DNA from: an uncultured Acidobacteriota bacterium
Lineage (GTDB): Bacteria; Acidobacteriota; Thermoanaerobaculia; UBA5066; Gp7-AA6
DNA length: 64,000 bases
Assembly (NCBI GenBank): GCA_963708395.1
Contig: CAVPSG010000002.1
Coordinates: forward strand, 1,804,401 to 1,868,400
Direction: 5' to 3'
A program made the translations under genes and the position numbers. Below are positions 49,657-63,188 of the stretch, in pieces. Position 1 is the first letter of the stretch, and every line of letters starts with the position of its first letter. A model generated the notes under the pieces. That model searched no databases and had not been told where the DNA came from. It saw only the letters and a program-made list of their open reading frames with translations.

Positions 49657-51700
49657 ATGATCGTCCCACGAAGACCCCGGCAAGAATCGCCGCGGCGGCC
49701 GTTCTCGGGACGGCGTGTCTCGCGTTTTCCGCGCACGCCGCGGACGGCGGCCTCGCGCCGACGGTGGCGCGCTTCGACCATCTCCAGGTCGGCGCGTCGG
49801 CGTCCGTGTCGAATCTCCGGATCGCGTCCGGCCGTCTGGTGCTGACGCTCAAGTCGGGCGCGGCCGCGCCCGTCAAGGCGGGCGACGAGGTCGTCGGGAT
49901 CTACTTCGACGGCGCGGGAGAGCTCGTGTACACGTCGGCCGACCCCGTCGAGCTCCCCATCTTGACCTTCAACGCGAAGAAGGCGACGGGATTGGACGTT
50001 GAGCGCGGGGAGGCCGGCGCCGTCATTCGCGATACACCGCAGCGGATCCTGTGGCTCGCCGCGGGCCAGGAAATTCCGTCGGTCTCGGCGGTCTCTTCGG
50101 CAGGCGCCGGAGCCGCGCCGCTCGAGGCCTCCTTCGCGAAGCATCTCGACCGCCTGCGGCACGTCGCGGGATTCGACACGGCGCTCTTCTTCACGCAGCA
50201 GAAGCTCGACGCGCCCGGCTCGCCGCGCGCGCTCGTCGCGGCGGACGGCGGCAAGGAAGCGCTCCTGTACCTTCTCGACGGACTGGAGGACCATTCCGAG
50301 AGTCTGCTCGCCCTGCGGAAGCCCCGTTACCCCGACGCCGAGACGAAGAACGATCTGTATGAAACGGTGCTCTCGGAGCAGCCGGTGGGCCGCGAGCGAC
50401 GGGATCCCGTGACGCCCCTCTATCTGCTCACGCAGGTGGACCTCGGACTGCGCGCCTCCGACGGCAAGGACGTCTCGCTCTCCGTTGGCGAGACCGTCGT
50501 CCCGATCGGGTCGCCGCGGCGCGTTTTTCGATTCGATCTGTACAACGCGCGGTACTACGGATCCGGAATCGGCTCGCGCACCTGGAACGTTCGGAGCGTG
50601 AAGGACGGCGAGGGCCGCGCGCTCGCCTTTCTCCATCGGGGCGACCAGATCCTCGTCGAGACCGCGGCGCCGGTACCCGCGGATCAGAACGCCACCTTGC
50701 GCTTCGAGATCGACGGGGACTTCCTCGTGCGGCCCGGCGGCGACAGCTACTGGCAGCTCGGCCTCGGCGGCGGGGCCTGGTTCCCGATGCCGGATCTGAA
50801 CGCGCAGCTCTTCGACTTTCACTGCGTCGCGCGCGTCAAGAAGCCGTTCCTCCCGATCGCGTCGGGCCGGACGCTGCGGCGCGCGGAGGACGGCGACGAG
50901 AACATCCTCGAGACGCGGACCGAGAACCCGGTCGCCTTCCCGGCCGTCATCGCCGGCGCCTACCAGTGGGAGGAGGAGACGCGCGACGGCGTCACCGTGC
51001 GCGTCGCGTCCTACGCCATGAAGAACTCGCGGGCGATGAAGCAGCTCGCGGGCCTCGCCTTCGGGATCATCGAGAACTATCAGAGCTTCCTCGGGCCGTT
51101 TCCCTTTCCCGAGTACGACATCGTGGAGATCAACACTGGGGGTTCGGCCAGGCGCCGCCCGGCGTCATGTTCATCACGAAGGAGGCGTTCAATCCGCTCA
51201 TGGGGGAGACCAACCAGCTCTTTTCCCAGGGCATCAACGAGCGCTTCGCCCACGAGATCGCGCACCAGTACTGGGGCCAGCGTCGTGAAGATGCCCAGCC
51301 GCGACGAGCAGTGGCTCACCGAGTCGTTCGCCGAGTACAGCGCCGCGATCTTCCTGAAAGCCATGAAGGGGCAGGGAACCTACAAGACGCTCCTCAACCA
51401 CTGGCGCTCCAACGCGTCGGACGCGACGAAGATCTCGCCCATCCCGCTCGCCAACCGGATCTCGATCCCCAGCGATCCCGAAACGGCGTTCCTCTACCGG
51501 AACGACCTGATCTACGACAAAGGCGCCTACCTGCTCGGCGGCCCTCCACAAGGAGCTCGGCGATTCGATGTTTCTGACGTTCTTCAAGTCGTACCAGAAG
51601 TCGTTCCGCTGGAAGTTCGGCTCGACGAAGACGGTCGAGGGCATCCTGCAGTGGCTCACCAAGAAGGACTACGCGCCCTTCTTCGACCGAGAACTACTGG
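49657..51700 (+). CDS. Secreted M1-family (gluzincin) metallopeptidase-like protein; at least 3 frameshifts
   Basis: HExxH motif FAHEIAHQYWGQ in frame 50966..51577. Flanking pieces are in frame 49599 (..WLTESFAEYSAAIFL, E-18 downstream) and frame 51568. Probable ATG at 49657 (MIVPRRP then, after a 1-nt shift, ARIAAAAVLGTACLAFSAHA signal peptide). The 3' end is approximate and must precede tRNA-Leu. Confidence 0.5.
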
Positions 51701-51746
51701 GGCGTCGGTCTGCCGAAGGACTGACCCCGGTTATCATTTCCTCTCC

Positions 51747-51831
51747 GCGAGAGTGGCGGAACTGGCAGACGCGCGGGACTTAGGATCCCGTGGGGAAACC
51801 CTTGAGGGTTCGAGTCCCTCCTCTCGCACCA
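51747..51831 (+). tRNA. tRNA-Leu (anticodon UAG), type II with long variable arm
   Basis: Acceptor GCGAGAG/CTCTCGC, anticodon stem CGGGA/TCCCG with loop CTTAGGA (anticodon TAG, G37), variable arm TGGGGAAACCCTT, T-arm GAGGG-TTCGAGT-CCCTC, encoded CCA. Confidence 0.8.
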
Positions 51832-51859
51832 GGAAGCGTGGAGATGACCTTCGCCAACC

Positions 51860-53383
51860 GTGAAGCGATTTCGGATCGCCGCTCCTTCGTCGTGGACTGG
51901 TCGACGTCCGCCACGCGCGGCGCGGGAGCCGCGGCATTCCGTTCTCGTCGTCCTTCGCGAGCAGGCGGACCTGTCGGGCGCCGCGGCGATCCGGGATCCG
52001 GCAGAGCGTCGTCGGTTCGTCTTCGACGCCTTGAGCGACGTCGCGGATCGGACTCAGGCAGCGCTCGCCGCCGAGCTGCGCGCCGAGGGCGCCACCGTAC
52101 GCCGGCACTTCCTTCTCAACATGCTCGAGGTCGAGGGTGACGGCGGCCTTGCGCGGAGGCTCGCGGAGCGCCCCGAGGTCTCTCGTGTGGCGTCGAACCG
52201 CCCGACGGCGATGCGCCGGGTGCCCGAGGCGGTCGGCGGCGCGTCGGCCGAGGCGGCCGCGCCCCTCGCCGCCGCGGCGGTCGGCGCGAACCTCGACGTG
52301 ATCCGCGCGCCCGAGCTGTGGGCCCGCGGTTTCACGGGCCAGGGCATCGTCGTCGGCGACGCCGATACGGGATTCGCCTGGGAGCATCCCGCGCTGAAGC
52401 CGCACTACCGCGGATTCGACGGCTTCACGGTCTCGCACGCCTACAACTGGCACGACGCGGTGCACGACGCGGCCGCGAGCAACATCTGCGGCTCGAACTC
52501 CGCCGCCCCCTGCGACGACGACGGGCACGGCACCTCGACCGCGGCCCTGATGGTCGGCGACGACGGCGCGGGGAACCAGGTCGGCGTCGCGCCGGGGGCG
52601 AGCTTGATCGGGTGCCGCAACATGGACCAGGGCACGGGATCTCCCGCTCGGTACACCGAGTGTTTCGAGTTCCTCCTCGCGCCCACCGACGAGAACGGAC
52701 GGAACCCGCGTCCCGATCTCGGCGCCGACGTCATCAACAATTCCTGGGGTTGTCCGGCGGTCGAGGGATGCACGGACCCGGAGATTCTGAGGGCGGTCGT
52801 TGAAAACGTCCGCGCCGCCGGGGTCCTCGTCGTGGTCTCGGCCGGCAACGGCGGCGATGCCTGCGCGACGGTCCTGGACGCGCCCGCGATCTACGACGCC
52901 TCGTTCTCGATCGGCGCGACGGACGATCACGACGCGATCGCGGCGTTCTCGAGCCGCGGTCCGGTCACGCAGGACGGGTCGAATCGGCTGAAGCCCGACA
53001 TCGTCGCGCCCGGCGTTCTCGTGCGAACGGCCACGCCGCCCGACGAGTACACGGCCGCGTTCTCCGGGACCTCCGCCTCGGCGCCGCACGTGGCCGGCGC
53101 GGCGGCGCTCCTCTGGTCCGCCGTCCCGTCGCTCCGAGGCGACCCGGATCGGACGGCCGACCTCTTTCGGCAATCGGCCTTGCCGCTGCTTTCTTCCCAG
53201 GACTGCGCTCCGTTTCCCGGCGACACGGTGCCCAACGCCGTGTTCGGTTACGGACGGCTCGACGTGTCCGAGGCCGTGGTGCTCGCGGACCCGGTGTCCC
53301 CGCGGCGGATCTCGCTCCCGCGCCGGACACGCCCGAAGGTGAAGAAGCTCGGCCCGCGTCCCTCCCTCGGCTCGATCCAGTAA
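51860..53383 (+). CDS. S8 family serine peptidase (subtilisin-like) with N-terminal I9-type propeptide
   Basis: Catalytic triad motifs VGDADTGF (Asp), HGTSTAALMVGD (His), GTSASAPHVAGAAALL (Ser). Propeptide-like VLVVLREQADLSGAAAI..RRRFVFDAL. True start uncertain (GTG 51860, or an upstream ATG at 51845 in another frame). Confidence 0.75.
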   Translation: MKRFRIAAPSSWTGRRPPRAAREPRHSVLVVLREQADLSGAAAIRDPAERRRFVFDALSDVADRTQAALAAELRAEGATVRRHFLLNMLEVEGDGGLARRLAERPEVSRVASNRPTAMRRVPEAVGGASAEAAAPLAAAAVGANLDVIRAPELWARGFTGQGIVVGDADTGFAWEHPALKPHYRGFDGFTVSHAYNWHDAVHDAAASNICGSNSAAPCDDDGHGTSTAALMVGDDGAGNQVGVAPGASLIGCRNMDQGTGSPARYTECFEFLLAPTDENGRNPRPDLGADVINNSWGCPAVEGCTDPEILRAVVENVRAAGVLVVVSAGNGGDACATVLDAPAIYDASFSIGATDDHDAIAAFSSRGPVTQDGSNRLKPDIVAPGVLVRTATPPDEYTAAFSGTSASAPHVAGAAALLWSAVPSLRGDPDRTADLFRQSALPLLSSQDCAPFPGDTVPNAVFGYGRLDVSEAVVLADPVSPRRISLPRRTRPKVKKLGPRPSLGSIQ

Positions 53384-53395
53384 ACTCGGCGCCCC

Positions 53396-54709
53396 ATGGC
53401 CCTGCTGAACGCGACCGAAGAGTCGCCCACCCGCACCGCGCTCGAGATCGAGGTCCCCGCCGAGGACGTCGCGAAGGCGTTCGACGCCGTCGTGCGCTCG
53501 TATGCCAAGCGCGCGGCGATTCCCGGCTTCCGAAAGGGGCACGCGCCCGAATCGGTCATCCGCCAGCGCTTTGGCGAGCAGATCCGGGAGGACGTGCTCG
53601 AGGCGCTCCTGCCCGACGCGCTCTCGGCCGCGATCGAGGAGAAGCGCCTCGCCGTGCTCGGCCGTCCCCGCATCGACGCGCTGACCTGGGACCCGCCCGG
53701 CGCGATCCGCTTCACGGCACACCTGGACTTGAAGCCGGTGGTCGACCCGGGGGAGTGGCGGGGGGTTCCCGTCGAGGACTCTTCGATCGAGCCGTCGGAG
53801 GACGAGGTCGAACACGTCCTCGACCGCCTGCGGGAAGGGCACGCCGAGTTTCACCCGATCGAGGGCCGCCCCGCGGCGCCCGGCGACTTCGCCGTGGCGG
53901 ACATCGCCGGCACTTTCGTCGAGATCCTCGCGCCGGGGCAGAACCCGCGGACTTTCCGCGACGAGAAGATCACGCTCGAGGTCGGCCACGCCGACTCCAT
54001 GCCGGAGATCAACGAGGCCCTCCGCGGGCTCCTGCCCGGACAGACGCAGCGGTTTCGCAAGACGTTCGCCGACGACTTCCCGAACGACGAGTTCCGGGGC
54101 AAGACCGTCGACTACGAGCTGACGCTCGTCGCGCTGAAAGAGAAGCGGCTGCCGGCCGTGGACGAGGCGTTCGCGAAGGCGGTCGGCGACAGCGAGACGG
54201 TCGAGGGCCTGCGCGAAAAGATCCGGAAGAGCCTCCGGCTCGAGAAAGAAGCGGAGCGCCGCCGCAAGTTCCGCCGCGCGATCCTCGATACGCTCCTGTC
54301 TCGCGGGGCGATCCCGGCTCCGGAAGTCCTCGTCGACTCGGAGACCGAGGGCGCGCTCCGCGACTATGCGCGGTACCTGGCCGCGAGCGGCGCCGACCCG
54401 AAGGACGCCGACTGGGAGCGCCTGCGCCAGGAGGCGCGTCCGGGGGCGGAGAAGCGGGTGCGCGAGTATCTGCTCCTCGACGCGATCGCGGGCAAGGAAG
54501 GCATCGAGGTCACGGAGACGGAGCTCGAGGCGGAGTTCAAGCGCACCGCGGCGCGCCGCGGGGAGGACCCGGCCGCCCTTCGAGAACAGCTTGCCCGCGC
54601 CGGGGGTTTCGACGCGCTCCGGGACGAGATGCGGCTGTCCAAGACCGTGGATCTCTTGATCTCTGCCGCGCGGGTGCTACCCTCGGGGGAGCCCGTCGAG
54701 GTCGAGTAG
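53396..54709 (+). CDS. tig: Trigger factor
   Basis: ..[23 protein letters not shown].. (TF ribosome-binding motif GFRxGxxP), PPIase-like middle and C-terminal domain; 437 aa, intact. Confidence 0.9.
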   Translation: MALLNATEESPTRTALEIEVPAEDVAKAFDAVVRSYAKRAAIPGFRKGHAPESVIRQRFGEQIREDVLEALLPDALSAAIEEKRLAVLGRPRIDALTWDPPGAIRFTAHLDLKPVVDPGEWRGVPVEDSSIEPSEDEVEHVLDRLREGHAEFHPIEGRPAAPGDFAVADIAGTFVEILAPGQNPRTFRDEKITLEVGHADSMPEINEALRGLLPGQTQRFRKTFADDFPNDEFRGKTVDYELTLVALKEKRLPAVDEAFAKAVGDSETVEGLREKIRKSLRLEKEAERRRKFRRAILDTLLSRGAIPAPEVLVDSETEGALRDYARYLAASGADPKDADWERLRQEARPGAEKRVREYLLLDAIAGKEGIEVTETELEAEFKRTAARRGEDPAALREQLARAGGFDALRDEMRLSKTVDLLISAARVLPSGEPVEVE

Positions 54710-54734
54710 GCCCCGCGGGGAATCGGAGCGGCCC

Positions 54735-55383
54735 GTGTCTGTTATGGAAGACGAAGAAGAGGGAGGCGGCATGGTTCTCGTCCCCATGGTCATCGAGCAG
54801 ACGAGCCGCGGCGAGCGGGCCTACGACATCTATTCGCGGCTGCTGAAGGACAACATCATCTTTCTCGGGCAGCCGATCGACGACACCATCGCCAATCTGA
54901 TCATCGCCCAGATGCTGTTCCTGGAGTCGGAGAACGCCGGAACGCGACATCTCCTTCTACATCAACTCACCGGGCGGGGTGATCTCGGCCGGCATGGCGA
55001 TCTACGACACGATGCAGTACGTCAAGAACGACGTCTCGACGATCTGCGTCGGGCAGGCGGCCTCGATGGCGGCCGTGCTCATGGCGGCCGGGACGCGCGG
55101 CAAGCGGTTCGCGCTGCCCAACTCGCGCTTCCTGATCCACCAGCCGCTCGGTTACGGCCTGCAGGGGCAGGCGACCGACATCGAGATCCACGCCAGGGAT
55201 CTCTTGAAGCTGCGCGAGCGCATCAATGCGATCCTCTCGGAGCATACGGGCCAGGCGATCGAAAAGATCGCCAAGGACACCGACCGCGACTACATCCTCG
55301 AGGCCGAGGACGCCAAGAAGTACGGGCTCGTCGACGCCATCTACCATCGCCGCGACGAAGCCGCGCTGAAGGCGGCGGGCTAG
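54735..55383 (+). CDS. clpP: ATP-dependent Clp protease proteolytic subunit; frameshift near 54930-54975
   Basis: [38 protein letters not shown]..; frame 54979..55383 continues ..[58 protein letters not shown]. Confidence 0.85.
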
Positions 55384-55602
55384 CCGGCCGCTCGCGATTC
55401 TTTCCCGGCTGCATCCAACACGCGGCGCGAGGCGTAGATGTGTTCGGAGAACGAGCACGCGCATCCCTCTGCAGAAAGTTGGAGCGCGCGACGTCCACTT
55501 TCGTGCCCATAAACGCCGATCGTCATGCGGGAATAGGGGCTGGCACGGCACGTTTCCCGCATATGGGTGTGCTAGAGTCCGAACGAATCGATCGCGGGCC
55601 CG

Positions 55603-55631
55603 TTGACGGGTTCCGAGGGCTACCCTAGAAT
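55603..55631 (+). promoter_or_regulatory. Candidate sigma70-type promoter for clpX (TTGACG-17 nt-TAGAAT), followed by GGAGG RBS
   Basis: Read directly: cgTTGACGggttccgagggctacccTAGAATcgg, 25 nt before the clpX ATG. clpP-clpX spacing is unusually long (272 nt). Confidence 0.4.
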
Positions 55632-55655
55632 CGGAGAGACCCCCCCGGAGGCTGA

Positions 55656-56904
<1,249 letters not shown>

Positions 56905-56965
56905 GGGGCGGCTCGCCCCGGGCGGCGCGCCTCGCGCCGGGAACACGGAAGGAAGAACCCAGATC

Positions 56966-59379
56966 ATGAAAGCGACCGAATCCGCGGGCCGGCTCGGGGA
57001 AACGCTCCCGCTGGTCCCCCTGCGGGACATGGTGGTCTTTCCCCACATGATGGCGCCGTTCGTCGTCGGGCGGGAGTCCTCCATCCGCGCGCTCGAGGCC
57101 GCCCTCGCGACGCCGACCAAGCGCCTCTTCCTCGCCGCGCAGACGCGATCCGCAGCTCGACGAGCCGAAACCGGGCGACATCTTCGCGCATCGGGCGTCA
57201 TCGCGACGGTGGCGCAGTCGCTGAAGCTCCCCAACGGGCACATCAAGGTGATGGTCGAGGGGCAGCGGCGCGGGAACGATCGAAGGATTCGAGGAGCACG
57301 AGGAGTACATGGCCGTCGTCGTGCGGCCGTCCGAGGAGCGCCCGGCCGACGCCGCGGAGCTCAAGGAGTACATGGGCAAGGTGCTCGGGCTCTTCGAGCA
57401 GTACGCGAAGCTCTCGCACCACCTCGCCTTCGAGAGCGATCGCCGCCTCGCTGCGCATCGAGGAGCCGGAGCGCTTCGCCGACACGCTCTCGGCGCACCT
57501 CGCGGTGCCGACGGCCGAGAAGCAGACGCTGCTCGAGTCGGAGAACGTCTACGAGCAGCTGCAGAAGCTTCAGGACCTGCTGGAGATCGAGGTCGAGAAG
57601 GTCAACATCGACCGCCGGATCAACAACAAGGTCAAGAAGCAGATGGAGAAGGCCCAGAAGGAGTACTACCTCAACGAGAAGATCAAGGCCATCCATCAGG
57701 AGCTCGGGCGCAAGGACGACCGCGGCGACGAGGTCGAGGAGCTCAAGAAGAAGATCGCCTCGGCCGGGATGCCGAAGGAGGTCCGGGAGAAGGCCGAGAC
57801 GGAGCTCAAGCGCCTGGAGGCGATGCCGCCGGTCTCGGCCGAGGCCACGGTCTCGCGCAACTACATCGAATGGCTGGTGGGCGTGCCCTGGAAGCAGGCC
57901 TCGCGCGAGTCGAAGGACATCTCCCGCGCCGAGAAGATCCTGAACGAGGACCACTACGGCCTGGAGAAGGTCAAGGAGCGGATCCTCGAGTTCCTGGCCG
58001 TGCGCCAGCTCGTCCAGAAGACGAAGGGCTCGATCATCTGCTTCGTCGGGCCGCCCGGCGTCGGCAAGACGTCGCTCGCCAAGTCGATCGCGCGCTCGCT
58101 CAACCGGCGCGTTCGTGCGCCTGTCGCTCGGCGGCGTGCGCGACGAGGCGGAGATCCGCGGCCACCGCCGGACCTACATCGGCGCGTTTCCCGGCCAGAT
58201 CATCCAGATGATGAAGAAGGCCGGGACGGTCAACCCGGTCTTCCTGCTGGACGAAGTGGACAAGATGTCGTCGGACTTCCGGGGCGACCCGGCGTCGGCG
58301 CTGCTCGAGGTGCTCGACCCGGAGCAGAACCACTCGTTCCTCGACCACTACCTCGACGTCGAGTACGACCTCTCGAAGGTCATGTTCATCGCGACGGCCA
58401 ACATCGCCGATCCGATCCCGCCGGCCCTGAAGGACCGCATGGAGCTGATCGCGCTCTCCGGCTACACGCCGAACGAGAAGCTCGCGATCGCGCGGCAGTT
58501 CCTCGTGCCGCAAGCAGCGCGAGGCGAACGGCCTGCGCGCCGACCAGATCGAGATTCGCCGACGACGCGATCACGGCGATCGCCGACCAACTACACGCGC
58601 GAGGCGGGCGTGCGGAACCTCGAGCGCGAGATCGGCAGCGTCTGCCGCAAGGTCGCGCGGCGGATCGTGCAGAAGAACGTCGAGACGCCGGTCAAGGTCA
58701 CGCCGGAGAACCTGCGCGAGTTCCTCGGCAAGCCCAAGTTCCGCAGCCAGCGCAAGGGCGAGACGTCCGAGGTCGGCATCGCGACGGGCCTCGCCTGGAC
58801 CGAGGCGGGCGGCGAGATCCTGATGACGGAGACGTCGCTTCTGCAAGGGCAAGGGCAACCTGACGCTCACGGGCTCGCTCGGCGAGGTGATGCAGGAGTC
58901 GGCGCGCGCCGCGGTGTCCTACGTCCGCAGCCGCGCGGAGATGTACGACGCGGACCCCAACTTCCACGAGAAGTTCGACATCCACATCCACGTTCCCGAG
59001 GGCGCGATCCCCAAGGACGGGCCGTCCGCGGGCATCACGATGGCGGTGTCGCTCTTCTCCGCCGTGACGAAGATCCCGGTCCTGAAGGACGTCGCGATGA
59101 CGGGCGAGATCACGCTGCGCGGCAAGGTCCTGCCGGTCGGCGGCATCAAGGACAAGGTGCTCGCGGCCTACCGCGCGGGCATCCGCACGATCATCCTCCG
59201 GCCGAGAACGACAAGGACCTGGACGATCTGCCCGAGGAGATCCGCAACGAGATGGAGTTCCACCTCGTCTCGAACATGGACGAGGTGATCAGGGTCGCCC
59301 TGGAAGGAGTTCCCGCGGCCGCGCCGAGCCTGCCGGCGGATGGCAAGCCGGCGGCCGAGGGAGGCACCGTCGCGCACTA
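56966..59379 (+). CDS. lon: ATP-dependent Lon protease; split by at least 4 frameshifts
   Basis: N-terminal LON domain ([33 protein letters not shown]), AAA+ ([15 protein letters not shown], Walker [10 protein letters not shown]), S16 protease with catalytic-site context [16 protein letters not shown]. Pieces in frames 56966, 57309, 57505, 58115 and 58887. Confidence 0.85.
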
Positions 59380-59449
59380 GACAAGCGCGGCGGCCCGAGC
59401 GGCCCGTGACCGGGTCCGCCGGGGTCCCGAGTCCGCGCGCGGCCGCGGT

Positions 59450-60060
59450 TTGAAAGGAAGGCCCGGGAGGGAGAGCGCGGCTCGGGCGCGGGCGGGTCGT
59501 CGTCGCCGGTCCACCGGCGCGGAGGACTTTGCCGGAGACGCCGGCGCCCGTGGTCGCCTTGGTGGGCCGGTCGAACGTCGGGAAGTCGAGCCTGTTGAAC
59601 CGGCTGCTCGGCCGCGGGGCCGCGCGGGTCGGAAAGACACCCGGGCAAGACCAGAGGGATCTACTTCTATGAAACCGAAGATGGGTTTCGGTTCGCCGAC
59701 CTGCCCGGAGCGGGTTTCGCCCGCGTCTCGCGGGAGGAGCGCGAGCGCTGGCGCGGAGCTGGCGACGCGCTTCTGCGGAGCGGCCGCGGTGACGCTCGCG
59801 CTGCGACTGGTGGATCCGCGCGTGCCGGACGGCGGCGCCGGACCGCGAGATGTCGCGAGTACCTCGGAGCGCTCGGCGTGCCGTCGCTCGTCGTGGCGAC
59901 CAAGTGGGACCGCCTGCGGCTCGCGGCGAGCGGGCCGCCGCGCGGCGCCGGCTCGAGGAAGAGCACGGGGCGGTGCTGCCCGTCTCGGCGCAGAGCGGCG
60001 AGGGGATCGAAGAGCTGCGGCGGGAGATCCGCCGGAGAGCTGAAGGGAGTCGAGGGATAG
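59450..60060 (+). CDS. engB: Ribosome-biogenesis GTPase EngB/YihA(YsxC); heavily frameshifted
   Basis: G1 [21 protein letters not shown], ..[20 protein letters not shown].., ..[14 protein letters not shown].., ..[25 protein letters not shown] spread over three frames. The lon-engB order is conserved in many bacteria. Boundaries approximate. Confidence 0.5.
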
Positions 60061-60065
60061 ATCCA

Positions 60066-61436
<1,371 letters not shown>

Positions 61437-61451
61437 GAAGTAATCAGTCGT

Positions 61452-61496
61452 CAGTTCTCAGTTTTCAGTTCCGGAACTGACGACTGATGACTGACA
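61452..61496 (+). terminator. Long GC-poor inverted repeat immediately downstream of rho (candidate terminator or attenuator hairpin)
   Basis: ATCAGTCGTCAGTT..cagttccggaactg..AACTGACGACTGAT: 14-bp arms with an internal palindrome CAGTTCCGGAACTG. No 3' U-run. Confidence 0.35.
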
Positions 61497-61500
61497 ACTG

Positions 61501-62272
61501 ATGACTCGTCTTCGCATCTCCCTCGTCGATTTCCTCAACGCGCGGCCCCTCACCTGGGGACTTCTTCGTGAGCCGCCTCGAGGAGTTTCCGTCTCCCGTG
61601 ACACGCCTTCGGTCTGCGCGGAGAAGCTGGCGTCTGGTCAGGCCGACGTCGGGCTCATCCCCTCGATCGAGTACCAGCGCATTCCAGGGCTTCGCGCCGT
61701 CCGCGGGCTCGGCATCGCCGCGGCCGTCGGAGGTGCGCTCGGTGCTCCTCGTCTCGAACGTCTCGCGCGAGAAGATCGGCTCGGTCGCGCTCGACCCGGC
61801 CTCACGCACCTCGGCCGCGCTGACGCGGATCCTGCTCGGGCGGCGCTACGGCCTGGGGCCGTCGTACGCGGAGGGCGGCAGCGAGTCCTCCGACGCGCGC
61901 CTCATCATCGGCGATCCGGCGCTCAAGACCCGCCAGAACGGCCACGTCGTTCTCGATCTCGCGGCCGAGTGGCGCGCCTTCTCCGGCCATCCCTTCGTGT
62001 TCGCGTTCTGGGCCGTGCGGGAATCCGCGGCCGCTCCGGAGGTCGAGCGGCTCCTGCGAGCCTCCTACGACGCCGGCCGCCGCGAGTTCCCGCGCCTCGT
62101 GCGCGAGGAGGCGGCCGAGTCGGGCCTCTCCGAGGCGGTCGTCGAGGACTACCTGCGCCACGCCCTGCACTACGAGCTCGACGCCGGAGATCTCGAGGGG
62201 CTGTCGCTCTTCTACCGCCTCGCGGCCGAGGAGAAGCTCATCGAGGCGGCGCGGCCGCTGGAGTTCATCTAA
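61501..62272 (+). CDS. mqnA: Futalosine-pathway MqnA/MqnD-family protein (chorismate dehydratase-like); frameshift near 61700
   Basis: MTRLRISLVDFLNARPLTWGL...QADVGLIPSIEYQRIPGLRAV; then in frame 61568: ..VRSVLLVSNVSREKIGSVALDPASRTSAALTRILL..LIIGDPAL..VLDLAAEWRAFSGHPFVFAFWAVRE. Confidence 0.6.
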
Positions 62273-62406
62273 CCGTCGCCGTCGCTCGGCGGGCGGGGAC
62301 AAGCCCCGCCCCTACGATCTCGCAGGGATTAGATCCGATCGGTTTCGTAGGGGCGGCCCTCGCGGCCGCCCGTCATCCGCCACCGAATCGTCAGCGGACA
62401 GGCGCG

Positions 62407-63114
62407 TCACCTTGCTAGCAACGCCGATGGCAAAACATGCCAGACGACGTAGAACGCGACGCGCACGACGATTGCGGCTAGGAATCCCCTTTTCCGGAAC
62501 GTCCACGCCTGCACGAAATTCAATGCGTAGTCCTCCGCGAAGACGGCGGCCATCGTCGCGAAGCCGAGACTCCGGAGCCCGAGGTCGCCGAGCGGCTCGA
62601 GCAACGACGTCGCGACCGCGAGCGTCCAGAAGACCGCGCCTTCCCTCTGGCGGAACGCGGGAATCCGCGTCAGGAGCCAAAGGAGGACGGGAATCGGGAA
62701 CAGGCGGTACAGGATCTCGACGATGATCGCCCCGCCGGGATAGACGAGCGCCGACGCCGGGAACTCGATGTGGATGGATGGCAGCCCCATCTTCGCCGCG
62801 ACGGCATGGGACCAGCCCGTCGCCGCGTCGGTGATCAGGGCGAGGATGCCGAGCGCGATTCCCCAGACCGCCGGCTCGAGGAGGCGCCGCCGCGCGCCGG
62901 CCGCCTCCCACGGCGGCGGAAAGCCGGTGCGCTCCGACAGGAAGACGCCGAGGCTACCGAGCGCGGTCCACAGCCCGAGAAACGGCCACTCGAAGACCTT
63001 CGCCTGCGACGGGGAACGGAAGACGCCGGGCGCAACCGTCAGGACGAGCTTGACCAGGACCAGATAGCCGGCGAGCCAGAAAAATACGCCGAGTGCTTTC
63101 GAAGGTCCCTTCAT
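62407..63114 (-). CDS. Polytopic membrane protein of unknown function between the mqn genes
   Basis: 235 aa, about 7 TM helices; no diagnostic motif recognised (CPBP/CAAX-protease motifs were looked for and not clearly present). Confidence 0.35.
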   Translation of the reverse strand: MKGPSKALGVFFWLAGYLVLVKLVLTVAPGVFRSPSQAKVFEWPFLGLWTALGSLGVFLSERTGFPPPWEAAGARRRLLEPAVWGIALGILALITDAATGWSHAVAAKMGLPSIHIEFPASALVYPGGAIIVEILYRLFPIPVLLWLLTRIPAFRQREGAVFWTLAVATSLLEPLGDLGLRSLGFATMAAVFAEDYALNFVQAWTFRKRGFLAAIVVRVAFYVVWHVLPSALLAR

Positions 63115-63188
63115 GTCACCCGCCGATACGCCGCACGGCGCCGAATGTTCCCGACGGGTCTTCGACCGTCCGGGCTAGAATCGACCGG

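Noticed and set aside
51568-52140. ORFs 51568..51783 and 51790..52140 (+)
   Set aside because: Both read across tRNA-Leu (51747..51831). The first is the frameshifted tail of the M1 peptidase. The second is an out-of-frame overlap of the S8 peptidase start region.
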